DNA from: Planctomycetota bacterium
GTDB taxonomy: Bacteria > Planctomycetota > JAJSAM01 > JAJVHW01
Length of the DNA stretch: 64,000 bases
NCBI GenBank assembly: GCA_965248445.1
Contig: CBDFJG010000004.1
Location: forward strand, 384,001 to 448,000
Direction: 5' to 3'
The position numbers and the translations under genes are program-made. The stretch's first letter is position 1. Every line of letters starts with the position of its first letter. Of this stretch, positions 1 to 9,420 are shown piece by piece. Below the pieces are notes generated by a model. It had not been told where the DNA came from, did not search any database, and was given only the letters and a program-made list of their open reading frames with translations.

Positions 1-269
1 CGCCATCGGTGGGGCCGGATAGCATCATGTGATTGAGCGCGCCGTGAGACTCGCGGCTGCTCCACCTCCTCGGTACCGCCGCCCGAACCGCTCTGCGTCG
101 AAACAGCTTCTACATGACTGTGGCGCTGTTCCGTATCGCCCGATCGCAGAGCGGTAGCCGCTCCTACACCGGCTGCAATCAGCAACGAGGCAGCAAGAAG
201 ATGTCGGCGACTAGCGGCGCCGCGCATCGCCTCACCGCCGAACCGGTACTTCATGTCTGACCTGAACAC
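1..269 (-). CDS. Hypothetical membrane-anchored or exported protein, 5' part only (runs off window)
   Basis: AGGAGG SD just after the Gly-rich gene stop, then GTG at 269. Frame is open to the window edge, with hydrophobic LLAASLLIAAGVGAATAL. Confidence 0.5.
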   Translation of the reverse strand, partial: MFRSDMKYRFGGEAMRGAASRRHLLAASLLIAAGVGAATALRSGDTEQRHSHVEAVSTQSGSGGGTEEVEQPRVSRRAQSHDAIRPHRW

Positions 270-290
270 GGTCAAGTCCTCCTGGCACTG

Positions 291-3002
291 CTAGGGCTGC
301 TGAAGTGCTCCCGTGCCGCCGGCCGATGCGGCTCCGCCGACCTGGGGGTTCGCCGGATTGGGACCGTTGGGCCCCGACCCGGCCCCGCCCGCGACCGTGT
401 CGTCGTGATTGGCTCCACCATCGCCGCCGGTCCCACTCATGCCTCCCGGTCCCGCAGGACGTGCGGGCGGCTGCCCCCCGGGTCCACCGGCGAACGCGAC
501 GCCCGCGCCGCCGCTGCCACTAGCGCCTCCGTTGCCGCCCTTGCCGTCAGCCCCGTCGCTCCCCCCGCCGGTGTTCTCGCCGCCCTTACCACCCTTACCG
601 CCCTTGCCGCCATTGCCGCCGGACTTGCCGTCGACGTCCGCGGGAGCCGTGCCGTCGCCGGGGGTCGCGGGGGCGCCCTCGCCGGCCGTTCCGCCCGTCC
701 CTCCATCGCCGGCTTTTCCACCCTTCTTGGTCACGTCGTCGGCCGCCGTTGACCCACCCTCACCGCCGTCCCCAGCGTTTCCGGCATTCCCACCGTACTT
801 GCCGCCATCCCCACCGTCGCCACCGATTGCGGCATTGCCACCGTTGCCTCCCTTGGAGCTGCCACCACTCCCTCCGGTGCCACCGTTACCACCGTTCTTC
901 CCGGAGATGTATGGCAGATCGCCGTCTCCTCCCTTTCCGCCCTTTCCGCCCACGCCTCCGCCTCCGCCGTCTCCATATGTGCCGGTGCCACCGTCACCGC
1001 CGGACTTGCCGTCCTTCCCAGCGGAGGCTTCAGCCCCGCGGGGGCTTGGGGGGGGATCGTCTGCCACCAGGGACTCCCCGTCGGTCCCCTCTTGGCCGTC
1101 GCCACCCTTCCCACCCTTACCGCCATGGGTTCCGTTGCCGCCCTTTCCGCCGGCTGAGGACTCTCCGGCCTCGCCACCGTTGACACCGGCCTCGCCATCG
1201 GCGGCCCCGCCCTTGCCGCCCTTTCCGCCGTGACCGCCATCGCCCCCGGGGGCGACGCCTGTGAACTCGTCTGGCACGTCGTCCCACGTTCCGCCTTCAC
1301 CGGCTATGCCAGCGTTGCCTCCCGTCCCGCCGGGACCATCGTCAAAGTCCAAGCCAGGGTCCGTCGAGTTCCACTTCCCGTCGTTAGCGCCACCGCCCGC
1401 GACATCCTCATCGTCGGTCGGCCCGCGGGCGTGACCGCCATTGCCCGCGTCTCCGCCGTCACCCCCGCCGCCTGTCGCCGTCGGATCCGCTCCGTCGATG
1501 CCGTCTCCGCCGTGGCCGGCCTGGCCACCTGCGTACGCATTTCCGCCGTTTCCGCCGTCTCCGCCGTCTCCGCCGTTGGCCCCAGCGCCTCCCCCGTTAC
1601 CTCCATTGCCAGCAGCCTGAGAACCGTTCGAATGGCCACCGACCCCACCGGTTCCACCGTTGCCGGTGCCGGACCCATTGCCGCCGTTGCCACCTCCGGC
1701 TCCTCCGCCACCGCCGCCGCGGGAGTGCCCCCCCACTCCGCCAGTGCCGCCGTTCGCGTTGTCTCTCCCAAATCCTCCTAGCCCCCCGATTCCGGCCTGG
1801 AGACCGTCCTCGGTGAGGCCGCCTCGTCCTCCTGTGCCGCCGGCGAAGCCGGTGCCCCTAGCGTCGCCACCGTCTCCTCCGCTACCACCAATTCCACTGA
1901 CCTGCGCAGTCCCGGCATTCCCACCATTCGCCCCGTTACCGACCTTCCCGGGAGCCACACCTCCGCCCTTGCCGCCGTCACCGCTCTGGCCGCCGCCGAA
2001 AGAGTCTCCTCCAGGGCCACCCTTGCCGCCGGACGTCCCACCCGCGCCGTTCTGCGCCCCATCTCCTCCTTTGCCGCCTGTTCCCGCTGCCCCGGATCCG
2101 AACGCACTTCCCCCTGCACCGCCATTGCCGCCCTGTTGAGTGCTGCCGGTACCGCCGTCACCCCCCTTCGTGCCGTCGTTCGTGCCGCCGGAGTCCCCGC
2201 CGTTGCCACCCTTGCCGCCCGTCGGACCATCACCGCCATCGCCTGCGGCGCCGCCTGTCCCGTTGTCGAGCGCGTCGCCGCCGTTGCCGCCGCTCCCCCC
2301 GGTGGCGACTCCACCGGCCGCGGCGTGCGCGCCGTTCTTGCCCGCGCCACCGTTACCGGTCCCAAACCCGTTTCCACCAGAGCCTCCGTCACCGCCGTTG
2401 GCCCCTGCGACCCCGCCGTCACCGCCGGTCCCCTGTGTCGTTCCTCCGTGTCCACCCTGGCCGCCATTGCCACCCTTTTGGGCGCCAGTGCCATCACCGC
2501 CCTTGCCGCCAGCGCCACCATTCCCGGTTCCCGTGTTCACATCCTCAGTTCCACCGTCGCCACCCCATCCTCCGTTGCCAGCAGGCTGCGTGCTCGTCGC
2601 ATCGCCGCCAGCTCCACCCGCACCGCCGTTGCCCGTGGCACCTCCAGTACCGCCATTGCCCCCTTTTCCGGCACCGGTCGTACTGTTGGCATTGCTTCCG
2701 TTCTTCCCGTCGCCGCCCTTGCCACCATTGACACCGTTGCCACCGTCGCCGCCTTCGGGGTACGGAGTTCCCGGCGAGCCCTGAGTTGTGTCTATTCCAC
2801 CAGCCGCCCCATCACCGCCGTTGGCTGTGCCGGTGGCATGCTCGTAGCCGTTGCCGCCGTTCTGGCCGGGCGGCCCCCCATTGTCCCCGTGGACGGATCC
2901 CGCGGTTCCGTCGCTCGCCGTGCCGTTGTTGCCGGCGCTAGCGAGTCGGACTGGCACGGCGAGGACTACGACGATCAGGAGAATCGTAAGGACGGGGCGC
3001 AT
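291..3002 (-). CDS. Secreted Gly-rich repeat protein (PGRS-like GGXGG repeats, no PE domain)
   Basis: GGAG SD before ATG at 3002. Signal peptide [23 protein letters not shown], then about 880 aa of GGNGG/GGDGG/GGTGG repeats. Confidence 0.85.
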   Translation of the reverse strand: MRPVLTILLIVVVLAVPVRLASAGNNGTASDGTAGSVHGDNGGPPGQNGGNGYEHATGTANGGDGAAGGIDTTQGSPGTPYPEGGDGGNGVNGGKGGDGKNGSNANSTTGAGKGGNGGTGGATGNGGAGGAGGDATSTQPAGNGGWGGDGGTEDVNTGTGNGGAGGKGGDGTGAQKGGNGGQGGHGGTTQGTGGDGGVAGANGGDGGSGGNGFGTGNGGAGKNGAHAAAGGVATGGSGGNGGDALDNGTGGAAGDGGDGPTGGKGGNGGDSGGTNDGTKGGDGGTGSTQQGGNGGAGGSAFGSGAAGTGGKGGDGAQNGAGGTSGGKGGPGGDSFGGGQSGDGGKGGGVAPGKVGNGANGGNAGTAQVSGIGGSGGDGGDARGTGFAGGTGGRGGLTEDGLQAGIGGLGGFGRDNANGGTGGVGGHSRGGGGGGAGGGNGGNGSGTGNGGTGGVGGHSNGSQAAGNGGNGGGAGANGGDGGDGGNGGNAYAGGQAGHGGDGIDGADPTATGGGGDGGDAGNGGHARGPTDDEDVAGGGANDGKWNSTDPGLDFDDGPGGTGGNAGIAGEGGTWDDVPDEFTGVAPGGDGGHGGKGGKGGAADGEAGVNGGEAGESSAGGKGGNGTHGGKGGKGGDGQEGTDGESLVADDPPPSPRGAEASAGKDGKSGGDGGTGTYGDGGGGGVGGKGGKGGDGDLPYISGKNGGNGGTGGSGGSSKGGNGGNAAIGGDGGDGGKYGGNAGNAGDGGEGGSTAADDVTKKGGKAGDGGTGGTAGEGAPATPGDGTAPADVDGKSGGNGGKGGKGGKGGENTGGGSDGADGKGGNGGASGSGGAGVAFAGGPGGQPPARPAGPGGMSGTGGDGGANHDDTVAGGAGSGPNGPNPANPQVGGAASAGGTGALQQP

Positions 3003-3194
3003 GTTCACAACTCCATTGGTAATCGGCCTGATGGGCAACAACGATCCTACGGGCTCATGAGGCGCTCGACCAGATCACGCAGCTCATCGGTGCCCACATC
3101 CGATTCATCGACCGAACGGAAAGCGATCTGGATCCGAGCTCAGAACCAAGGGCTGAACGGGTACCCTCGAGCGCAGCAAATGGAGGAACTTCCG

Positions 3195-3563
3195 ATGACC
3201 CGGTCTCGTTCACGCAATCTCGCGTTCGGACTTCTTGCCCTGGTGGCCGTGGCGCTGTCAGCCACGGCGCACTCTGGCCCGAGCAACGAGAGGGTCACAC
3301 GCCTCCGAACGATCTGCGAGTCGCCGATCGGCTTCTCGCGTCGCGCGGCACTCTTGGACGACTTGCGCAAGAAGGACACATCCTCCTCGCGCAATGCGCT
3401 TGAGGACATGGCCGCGAGCGACGACGAGGTCGTCGCGACGCAGGCGATCGCACGGGCGTTCGCGGTCTGTTCTCGGGCGCGCGGGCCTCGCGGCTGCTGG
3501 CCGAGCGCATCGCCGAAGGCGCAGGTGTCACCGCCCATCGAGCGCCGGTCCTGGGCGTTCTGA
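3195..3563 (+). pseudogene. Exported helical-repeat (HEAT-like) protein, apparently 3'-truncated
   Basis: GGAGGA SD and signal peptide. Helical-repeat-like sequence up to VVATQAIA (about 3450), then non-protein-like sequence. Confidence 0.4.
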
Positions 3564-3737
3564 GGCGGCCGAACTCGAGCCCAGGGGGTGGGCGACGTTT
3601 GGGCCCACCCTGAGGCGCCGTCCTAAGTCGTTTGCCTGCCTCACGGAATGGCGCGATCGGCGGACACCCTTGCGCCCACTCTCGGGGCTCGCGGCTGGCA
3701 GGCTCCGGCTGCGCGCGTGTTACATTGTGACACGGCC

Positions 3738-3755
3738 GGCGGCGTAGCTCAGTCG
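3738..3755 (+). pseudogene. tRNA 5'-end fragment (acceptor 5' strand, TA, D-stem start)
   Basis: GGCGGCG-TA-GCTC-AGTCG. No anticodon arm, T-arm or CCA follows. Confidence 0.4.
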
Positions 3756-4119
3756 AGGGGGTACGTCGTGTTGGAGCGGACGGGCTGCGATACGCCACTG
3801 CGACACGCCGGTTGAGAAGGACCGAGGCGACCTCGCCCGGCTGGCGCTGCGGCTGATAGGGGAGCGGCAATCTACAAACGTCTTGACGTGTGTCTTCTGT
3901 GGCCGCGTGTCCGTACACCGTCCGGGGAATGACACCCGCATCGAGACGCTGACCGCTGCGCTCAAGAAGGCCGTCGAGTTCGTGACGGACTGCAAGGCGG
4001 CAAGGTGGCCCGCAGACCAGACGGTCAACGAAGGCGAACTCTGCTTCAACACCTGCGACTACCACGCGATGAACGACATCCTCGAAGCCGCCGCCCGCGC
4101 GCTGGAGACTCAGCCATGA
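3748..4119 (+). CDS. Phage-like hypothetical protein (CxxC), probably 5'-truncated
   Basis: Frame is open from the in-frame TAG at 3745-3747 but has no start until TTG 3883. Contains LTCVFCG; ATGA overlap with the next ORF. Confidence 0.5.
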   Translation, partial: LSRGGTSCWSGRAAIRHCDTPVEKDRGDLARLALRLIGERQSTNVLTCVFCGRVSVHRPGNDTRIETLTAALKKAVEFVTDCKAARWPADQTVNEGELCFNTCDYHAMNDILEAAARALETQP

Positions 4120-4322
4120 CCGAGCAGCCGAGCGACCCTGAACCCGGCCACGGGAACATCATGCGTGTTCACGAACCATGCGCAGTCCTGTGCGATGAAC
4201 TCCAGATCGGGGAGTGGTCGCTTGGAGAGGCGTTCACGTACCTGCACGACGAGGAAGCCGCACAGAACCGCGCGCTTGCGGGAGTGGCCGCGATGCGCCG
4301 TGTCCCGGAGCCCGCCGAGTGA
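4116..4322 (+). CDS. Phage-like hypothetical protein (68 aa)
   Basis: GGAG SD; ATGA and GTGA coupling on either side. Confidence 0.55.
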   Translation: MTEQPSDPEPGHGNIMRVHEPCAVLCDELQIGEWSLGEAFTYLHDEEAAQNRALAGVAAMRRVPEPAE

Positions 4323-4549
4323 GCCTCCTCCGCACCCCTGACGTGGCCGCACAGCTCAGCATCTCGGAGAGCCGGGTGCGCGAACTCTTCGCCGATGGGA
4401 CGCTCCCCGCTTGGAGGCCAGGCAAGTCGTGGATCACGACGCAAGAGGCGTTGAACGAGCACGTCACGAAGAAAGCGCTCGAGTCCGTCGGTCACGAAGT
4501 GGAGGCGGTGCCGGTCGTCTCGCCTTGGGAGAGGGAGGACTTCCGGTGA
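4319..4549 (+). CDS. Excisionase-like helix-turn-helix DNA-binding protein
   Basis: LLRTPDVAAQLSISESRVRELFADGTLPAWRPGKSW matches the MerR-like/HTH_17 pattern; adjacent to the integrase. Confidence 0.8.
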   Translation: MSLLRTPDVAAQLSISESRVRELFADGTLPAWRPGKSWITTQEALNEHVTKKALESVGHEVEAVPVVSPWEREDFR

Positions 4550-5583
4550 CGTTGCAGCGCACGGATTGCCTGTGTCGGCGCGTCGTTCGGCGCGTGGTCG
4601 GCGTACCGCATCGTCGTGGCGAGCGACGAGTGCCCGAGCAGTCGCTTGATGGTCGGGAGGTCCACGCCGGCACGCACGAGCGCGACCGCGAAAGCGTGGC
4701 GGAGCCCGTGCGGCGTGAGTGTCGGGAACCCAGCCGCCGTCGCCGCCCGGTGGAAGATGCGCGACACGACGCGACGCTTCGGGAGGAAGCCGAAGACAAG
4801 CGCCGCGCCGTGGAGCGGTGTCGCCTCCCGCGCAGCCCAGAGACTCCGCAGAGCATCCGCTACGCGAGCCGTGAGCGGCACCACGCGCGTCTTCCCGCCC
4901 TTCCCGTACCGCACGGTCAGGGTCACGAAGTCGTGCGTGATGTCGCGCCAAGCCAGTTGCTCGCCCTCACCGCGACGCAGGCCCGTCTCGCCGAGCACGA
5001 TGACGTAGGGGCGGATGCTCGGCGGCATCGTGGCGTACAGGCGCTCGAGGTCCGCGGGCGACAGGAACGGGACGGCCTTAAGCGGCGGCTTGCGGAGGCC
5101 GAGGCGCTCGCACGGGTTGACCTCGAGCAGCCCGGCGTCGATGCCGACCCGGTAGGCGCCGGACAGGACGGCGAGGTAGAGCCGCACCGTGGCGGGCGCG
5201 TACCCGCGCTTCACCGCGATGCGCTGCGTCCACCCCCGGACATCGCCGCGCTTCACGTCGGCCATGCGGCGGTTGCCCCACATCGCGGCAATCTTCCGCA
5301 GGCACGCCTCCTCGCGTTCGATGGTCGAGGGCGCGCACGTCGCCCGCTTGGCGCGCAGGAACAGCGGGATGATGGAGTCGAAGGTCACGCCGCTGGCGTG
5401 GACGCGGCCCTTCGCGATGTCGGCCTCGCGCTCCATGAGGAACGTCTTGGCCGCCTTCCGGGTCTTGAACCCGCTCTGTTTGCGTCGGCGGCCGTTCTCG
5501 GACCAGCGGACCCGCCAGTCGTCGTAGGGGGTCCCGTCGGGCCGCTTGCGGCGGTAGACGGTCCCGAAGGTGCGGCGTTCCAC
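4492..5583 (-). CDS. Tyrosine recombinase / phage integrase
   Basis: TGLRRGE, GKGGK, HGLRH, LLGH and TMRY catalytic motifs. N-terminal arm-binding-like WRVRW...GFKTRKAA. Confidence 0.93.
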   Translation of the reverse strand: MERRTFGTVYRRKRPDGTPYDDWRVRWSENGRRRKQSGFKTRKAAKTFLMEREADIAKGRVHASGVTFDSIIPLFLRAKRATCAPSTIEREEACLRKIAAMWGNRRMADVKRGDVRGWTQRIAVKRGYAPATVRLYLAVLSGAYRVGIDAGLLEVNPCERLGLRKPPLKAVPFLSPADLERLYATMPPSIRPYVIVLGETGLRRGEGEQLAWRDITHDFVTLTVRYGKGGKTRVVPLTARVADALRSLWAAREATPLHGAALVFGFLPKRRVVSRIFHRAATAAGFPTLTPHGLRHAFAVALVRAGVDLPTIKRLLGHSSLATTMRYADHAPNDAPTQAIRALQRHRKSSLSQGETTGTASTS

Positions 5584-5630
5584 GGGGGCATGGTAGCGGA
5601 GCCGTCTACACGTCCGAACAGGAGACACCG

Positions 5631-6053
5631 ATGAGCACACAGACCTTCGGCATCCAACTGGCCCTCGAGACTTGCATCGACTGCTCGATGGTGTTCGCGA
5701 TCACGGAGGAGTTCCTCCGCAAGCGGAGGCGCGACCACAAGAACCTCTACTGCCCCGCGGGACACCCGCAGCACTACCCGGGCGAGAGCGACCTGGAGAA
5801 GGCCCGGCGTAGCGCCCGCGAGTGGGAGGAGTACGCGACGAAGCAGAAGGCGGACGCCGAGCGGCGGGCACAGCGTCTCCGAGAGCAGCGAGACCACCAA
5901 GAGCGCCGAGCCAGCGCCTACAAGGGCCACCTGACTCGCGCGAAGACGCGAGCGGGTGCTGGCGCCTGCCTGTTCTGCAAGCGCGAGTTCGTGAACGTGA
6001 AGCGGCACATGGCGAGCAAGCACCAGGACCACGTCACGGCGGACCTGCGATGA
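5631..6053 (+). CDS. Phage-like zinc-finger / coiled-coil protein
   Basis: AGGAG SD; CxxC...CPAGH, coiled coil, C-terminal CLFC...RHMASKH (C2H2-like). Confidence 0.75.
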   Translation: MSTQTFGIQLALETCIDCSMVFAITEEFLRKRRRDHKNLYCPAGHPQHYPGESDLEKARRSAREWEEYATKQKADAERRAQRLREQRDHQERRASAYKGHLTRAKTRAGAGACLFCKREFVNVKRHMASKHQDHVTADLR

Positions 6054-6433
6054 CCCTGCGCGAGAAGGCCGAGAATGTCGCGGCGCTGCTGCCGGGGGTG
6101 ACGTATCGCCTTGACCCGTCGCTCGGACCGTCGATGAGCATGGAACACGGCGAGGAGTCAAGCCCAGAGGGGAGCTTCATGTGGCTGTTCGCCGCCTCGG
6201 ACGACGAGTCGTACACCCTCGCCGAGCAACTGTTCTTCGTCGGTCGGCTGGCCGAGGCGCTGCCGGAGGGATGGGAGTTCGGCTGCATCCGCCGTCACCC
6301 GGACGAGTGGTATGTCGGGCTGGACCACGAAACGCCCGAGCCGCCCGGAGTCGGGATGCAAGGCGCGACTGGCGCCACCCCGACCGAGGCGATGCTCGAC
6401 GCCGTCATCGCGGCGCTCGGAGAGACGGAATGA
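6050..6433 (+). CDS. Phage-like hypothetical protein
   Basis: ATGA coupling at both ends; 127 aa. Confidence 0.6.
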   Translation: MTLREKAENVAALLPGVTYRLDPSLGPSMSMEHGEESSPEGSFMWLFAASDDESYTLAEQLFFVGRLAEALPEGWEFGCIRRHPDEWYVGLDHETPEPPGVGMQGATGATPTEAMLDAVIAALGETE

Positions 6434-6582
6434 GGGCGCTCTTGTGGTTCGGCATCGCGTCCATCGGTATTGGGTTCACGGTGCTCGTGTTCACCACGGA
6501 CATCGTCACGGCCGTTTGCGTGCTGAGTCTGGTGGCCGGGTTCATGAGCGTCCATGCCCACCTCGACCACGGTGTGAGGTGA
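6430..6582 (+). CDS. Small two-TM membrane protein (50 aa)
   Basis: ATGA coupling; MRALLWFGIASIGIGFTVLVFTTDIVTAVCVLSLVAGF. Confidence 0.55.
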   Translation: MRALLWFGIASIGIGFTVLVFTTDIVTAVCVLSLVAGFMSVHAHLDHGVR

Positions 6583-6642
6583 CGCCGATGACCGCGACGA
6601 CATGGCCCCAACATGGCCCCAGGCGGCCCGAAAGGGCACGAT

Positions 6643-9318
6643 CTAGTCTCGAAATGTGTCGTTTGCTCGGAAACCGAAGTTCTGCGTCCAGTGACGGCCA
6701 CTGCGGCCCGTTCCCATCTCGCGCCACGCAGGCATCAGGATATTGCGGTGGTGCCCAGAACTGTGGATCCAGGAATTGTGGGCACCGCGCGGATCACCGG
6801 AGCCCATGTGGATGTTCTCGGACGCCCCCATCATCGGGTATCCGGCCGCCTGCACGCGGTCCGACGGCGACCGCTTGCCGGGCACCGGCGAGAAGTGATC
6901 GAAGAACCCGAGTCGAGCCATGTCCTCGGAGTGTCCGCGCGCTGCCAGGGTCAGTTGATCCTGGATCTTCACGGCCGGTCGGTGGCCGAACATGATCCGG
7001 TACTCGTTGGTGATCTCGGCCTGTCGGCGCTCGTCGTCGGTGGCGACCGTGTCGGTGATCTTGTTCTCCGCCATCATCCGGTCGTTGTACTCGTGCAGCG
7101 CCAGGTCCGCCGGGGTCTCGAAGTAGTTCTTCACCGTCACTTGGCGGTCCAGGTACTGCTCCACGGTGTCGATGCGATCCATCAGGGCCTCGACGTCGCC
7201 GCCCAGGTAGTCGATCTCGATCTCGAGATCCTCCGCCTCGCTGAGCATCCCATCCATCTTGCTGTCGCGCTTGGGCCGCGCCTTCGCCTTGTGATCCCAC
7301 GCCTCACGTACCGCCTCGACGCGATTGTCCACCTCGCGCGATACCGGGTCGTACTCCCTCCGCCGGTCGCGGTAGGGATAGAAGTACTTCACCTCGTCGA
7401 AGATCAGTTCGAGCGCATGGTTACGCGCCTTCTCGAGCGCCGCGAACCCCTTGCGTACCTTGTCGATCGACTTCGCCTGAGGCGTGCTCTCGACCTTCTC
7501 GACGAGCTTCGTGAGCGACGCGGTCATCTCGACGATCTTCTTGGCGTTCTGGATCGCCTTCCACTCGTCGTAGGTGATGATCTCGGAATCGATCTCGGGA
7601 TGCGCGACGTAGCCGCCGTCCGGCAGCGGCCGTCCGTGCAGCCGTGCGTGCACCTCGGATGCGTCGCCGATCAGGGCATCGTCCTCCGTCAGCAGCGCCA
7701 CGCGCATCGCCTGGACATAGGCGTCCCGCAGCCCGACGTCAAAGAGCAGCAATGCGGCCCAGAGGCTGTCGCGCCCCGAGAGCTCCGCGCGTCCGAAGAG
7801 GTGGCCGAGCACGTCGGCGGGCACCTCGACGATCGAGCGCGCCGTGTGCTCCTTGCCCTTCGAGAGCAGCAGTGAGTCCGCGGTTGCGCCAACGACCCTC
7901 CACTTCCCGTCGGACAACTTGATCGGCGTGAAGGGCCGCGGGTTCTCCTGGACTGCTGCGAGAACGGTGCGCAACACCTCCGCCTCGGCGCGCAGGTCGT
8001 CGACTCGCGTGCGCATCTCGCCGAGCAGCGTCGCGTCGGTGATCTCGGACGCGGCGCCCTCGAGCCGCTCGGCCGCCTCGGAGAAACGGCGTTGCCGCGC
8101 GGTTTCCTCCGCGGAGGCGAGGGCACGCAGCGCGAGCGCCCGCATCCGCGTGGACGACGAGCCCGCCGCGCCGCGCTTGACGGTGACCGTGACCCCACCG
8201 GACTCGAGCCCGAGCGCCCCGGAGCCAGCACGCATCCACACGTCCCAGCCGGTCCCGCGCAGGTTCTCGACGGACTTCGCGATCAGCTCCTCCGCGGCAC
8301 CGCGCCGGCCTTCCTGCACCAGCCCCTTCGCCTGCGCGAGCGCCTGCTCGTAGGCATCGTGCGCCAACTGGGAGATCTCGTCCTGCCGGCGAGCGAACGC
8401 GCGCTCTTCCTCGCGTGTCAGGGTCGGCCGGCGGGCGAGCCAGCCGTTCCAGAGATCGAGTGCATCGCCGAGCCGGCCCTCCTCGAGCGCGCGCTTCGAC
8501 TCCGCCTCGGTGTTCGCGGCGTCACGCGTCGCGCTCTTGGCGCCGTCGTCGGCAAGCCGGATCAGAAGCCGCGCGATTTCCGCGGCCGCATCGGGATTCC
8601 CGCCGTGGCGGTCGAGCAACTCGGAGAGACGCGAACGGCGCGCCGCCGCCGGCGTGGCGTCCCAGCTTCCGCGCAGGTTCGACAGCGCCGTGCGCCAGGA
8701 GTCGTCGGATACAGGAGAGTTCGAGCCGTCTGCCTCTCGCCCCGCCGCGAGGATGCGCCGGGCGCGGTCGCCCTCCGCGCCCTCGGGCAGCTTCGCGAGC
8801 GCGCCGGCTATCTCCGATGCGCGCGCGTCCGGTTCGCCTTCGAGGTCCAGCCGCGAGACGGTGTCGCGCGCGAACGCTACCCACTGATCCGCCCGAGAGC
8901 CCTCGGACTGCGCCTGCCACGCGCCGAGCGCGAACCACGCGGCGATGCCGAGGACGGCAGGCAACGCGAACATCCCGAAAGGCGGCTTCTTGACGCGGCG
9001 GCGGCGCACGCGACGAGGGCGCGGCATGTCCACGTCTGCGACGTACTGGATGACCGTCTCACCGATCTCGATCTCGTCGCCCGGCTGCAGCCGCGCCGAC
9101 AGGACGGGCTGGCCACCGAGGAACGTCCCGTTGCTCGAGCCGAGGTCGAAGACCTTCCAGCCTTCTGCACACGGCCGGAACTCGCAGTGCCGGCGGCTGG
9201 CGCGCTGTTCGTCCAGGACGATGTCGCTCTCGTCGGAACGTCCGAACGAAACGGGATCGGAACCGAGGGGCACCTGCCGCCCGGAGCCGTCCGCTGCCAC
9301 GATGTAGAGTTCGGCCAT
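6643..9318 (-). CDS. FHA domain - TM - helical region - CAP (SCP) domain protein
   Basis: FHA motifs FGRS...ASRRHC...DLGSSNGT; one TM segment; CAP motifs AARGHSEDM...FFDH...ENI...WIHSSGHHRNIL. Confidence 0.88.
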   Translation of the reverse strand: MAELYIVAADGSGRQVPLGSDPVSFGRSDESDIVLDEQRASRRHCEFRPCAEGWKVFDLGSSNGTFLGGQPVLSARLQPGDEIEIGETVIQYVADVDMPRPRRVRRRRVKKPPFGMFALPAVLGIAAWFALGAWQAQSEGSRADQWVAFARDTVSRLDLEGEPDARASEIAGALAKLPEGAEGDRARRILAAGREADGSNSPVSDDSWRTALSNLRGSWDATPAAARRSRLSELLDRHGGNPDAAAEIARLLIRLADDGAKSATRDAANTEAESKRALEEGRLGDALDLWNGWLARRPTLTREEERAFARRQDEISQLAHDAYEQALAQAKGLVQEGRRGAAEELIAKSVENLRGTGWDVWMRAGSGALGLESGGVTVTVKRGAAGSSSTRMRALALRALASAEETARQRRFSEAAERLEGAASEITDATLLGEMRTRVDDLRAEAEVLRTVLAAVQENPRPFTPIKLSDGKWRVVGATADSLLLSKGKEHTARSIVEVPADVLGHLFGRAELSGRDSLWAALLLFDVGLRDAYVQAMRVALLTEDDALIGDASEVHARLHGRPLPDGGYVAHPEIDSEIITYDEWKAIQNAKKIVEMTASLTKLVEKVESTPQAKSIDKVRKGFAALEKARNHALELIFDEVKYFYPYRDRRREYDPVSREVDNRVEAVREAWDHKAKARPKRDSKMDGMLSEAEDLEIEIDYLGGDVEALMDRIDTVEQYLDRQVTVKNYFETPADLALHEYNDRMMAENKITDTVATDDERRQAEITNEYRIMFGHRPAVKIQDQLTLAARGHSEDMARLGFFDHFSPVPGKRSPSDRVQAAGYPMMGASENIHMGSGDPRGAHNSWIHSSGHHRNILMPAWREMGTGRSGRHWTQNFGFRANDTFRD

Positions 9319-9420
9319 CGCTTCTCCGCCCGCCCGCGTTCCCGTGCCGTCGCCATGCTCACGGTCGTACGGGCGCCGGTCAACTCATCGGCGGTGCCTG
9401 GCGCGCAATCGAGGGTCCGA

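Larger units (their letters stand above)
3738..6637. mobile_element. Degraded prophage or integrative element remnant (boundaries approximate)
   Basis: Tyrosine integrase, xis-like HTH, small ORFs coupled by ATGA/GTGA overlaps, and a tandem ACATGGCCCCA repeat at the right end. Confidence 0.7.

Noticed and set aside
409..2784. Long Pro-rich ORFs on the + strand
   Set aside because: Antisense shadows of the GGN codons of the Gly-rich gene; no SD or signal peptide.
3738..3830. Complete tRNA gene
   Set aside because: Only the first 18 nt fit; no anticodon stem, TTC T-loop or acceptor 3' strand.
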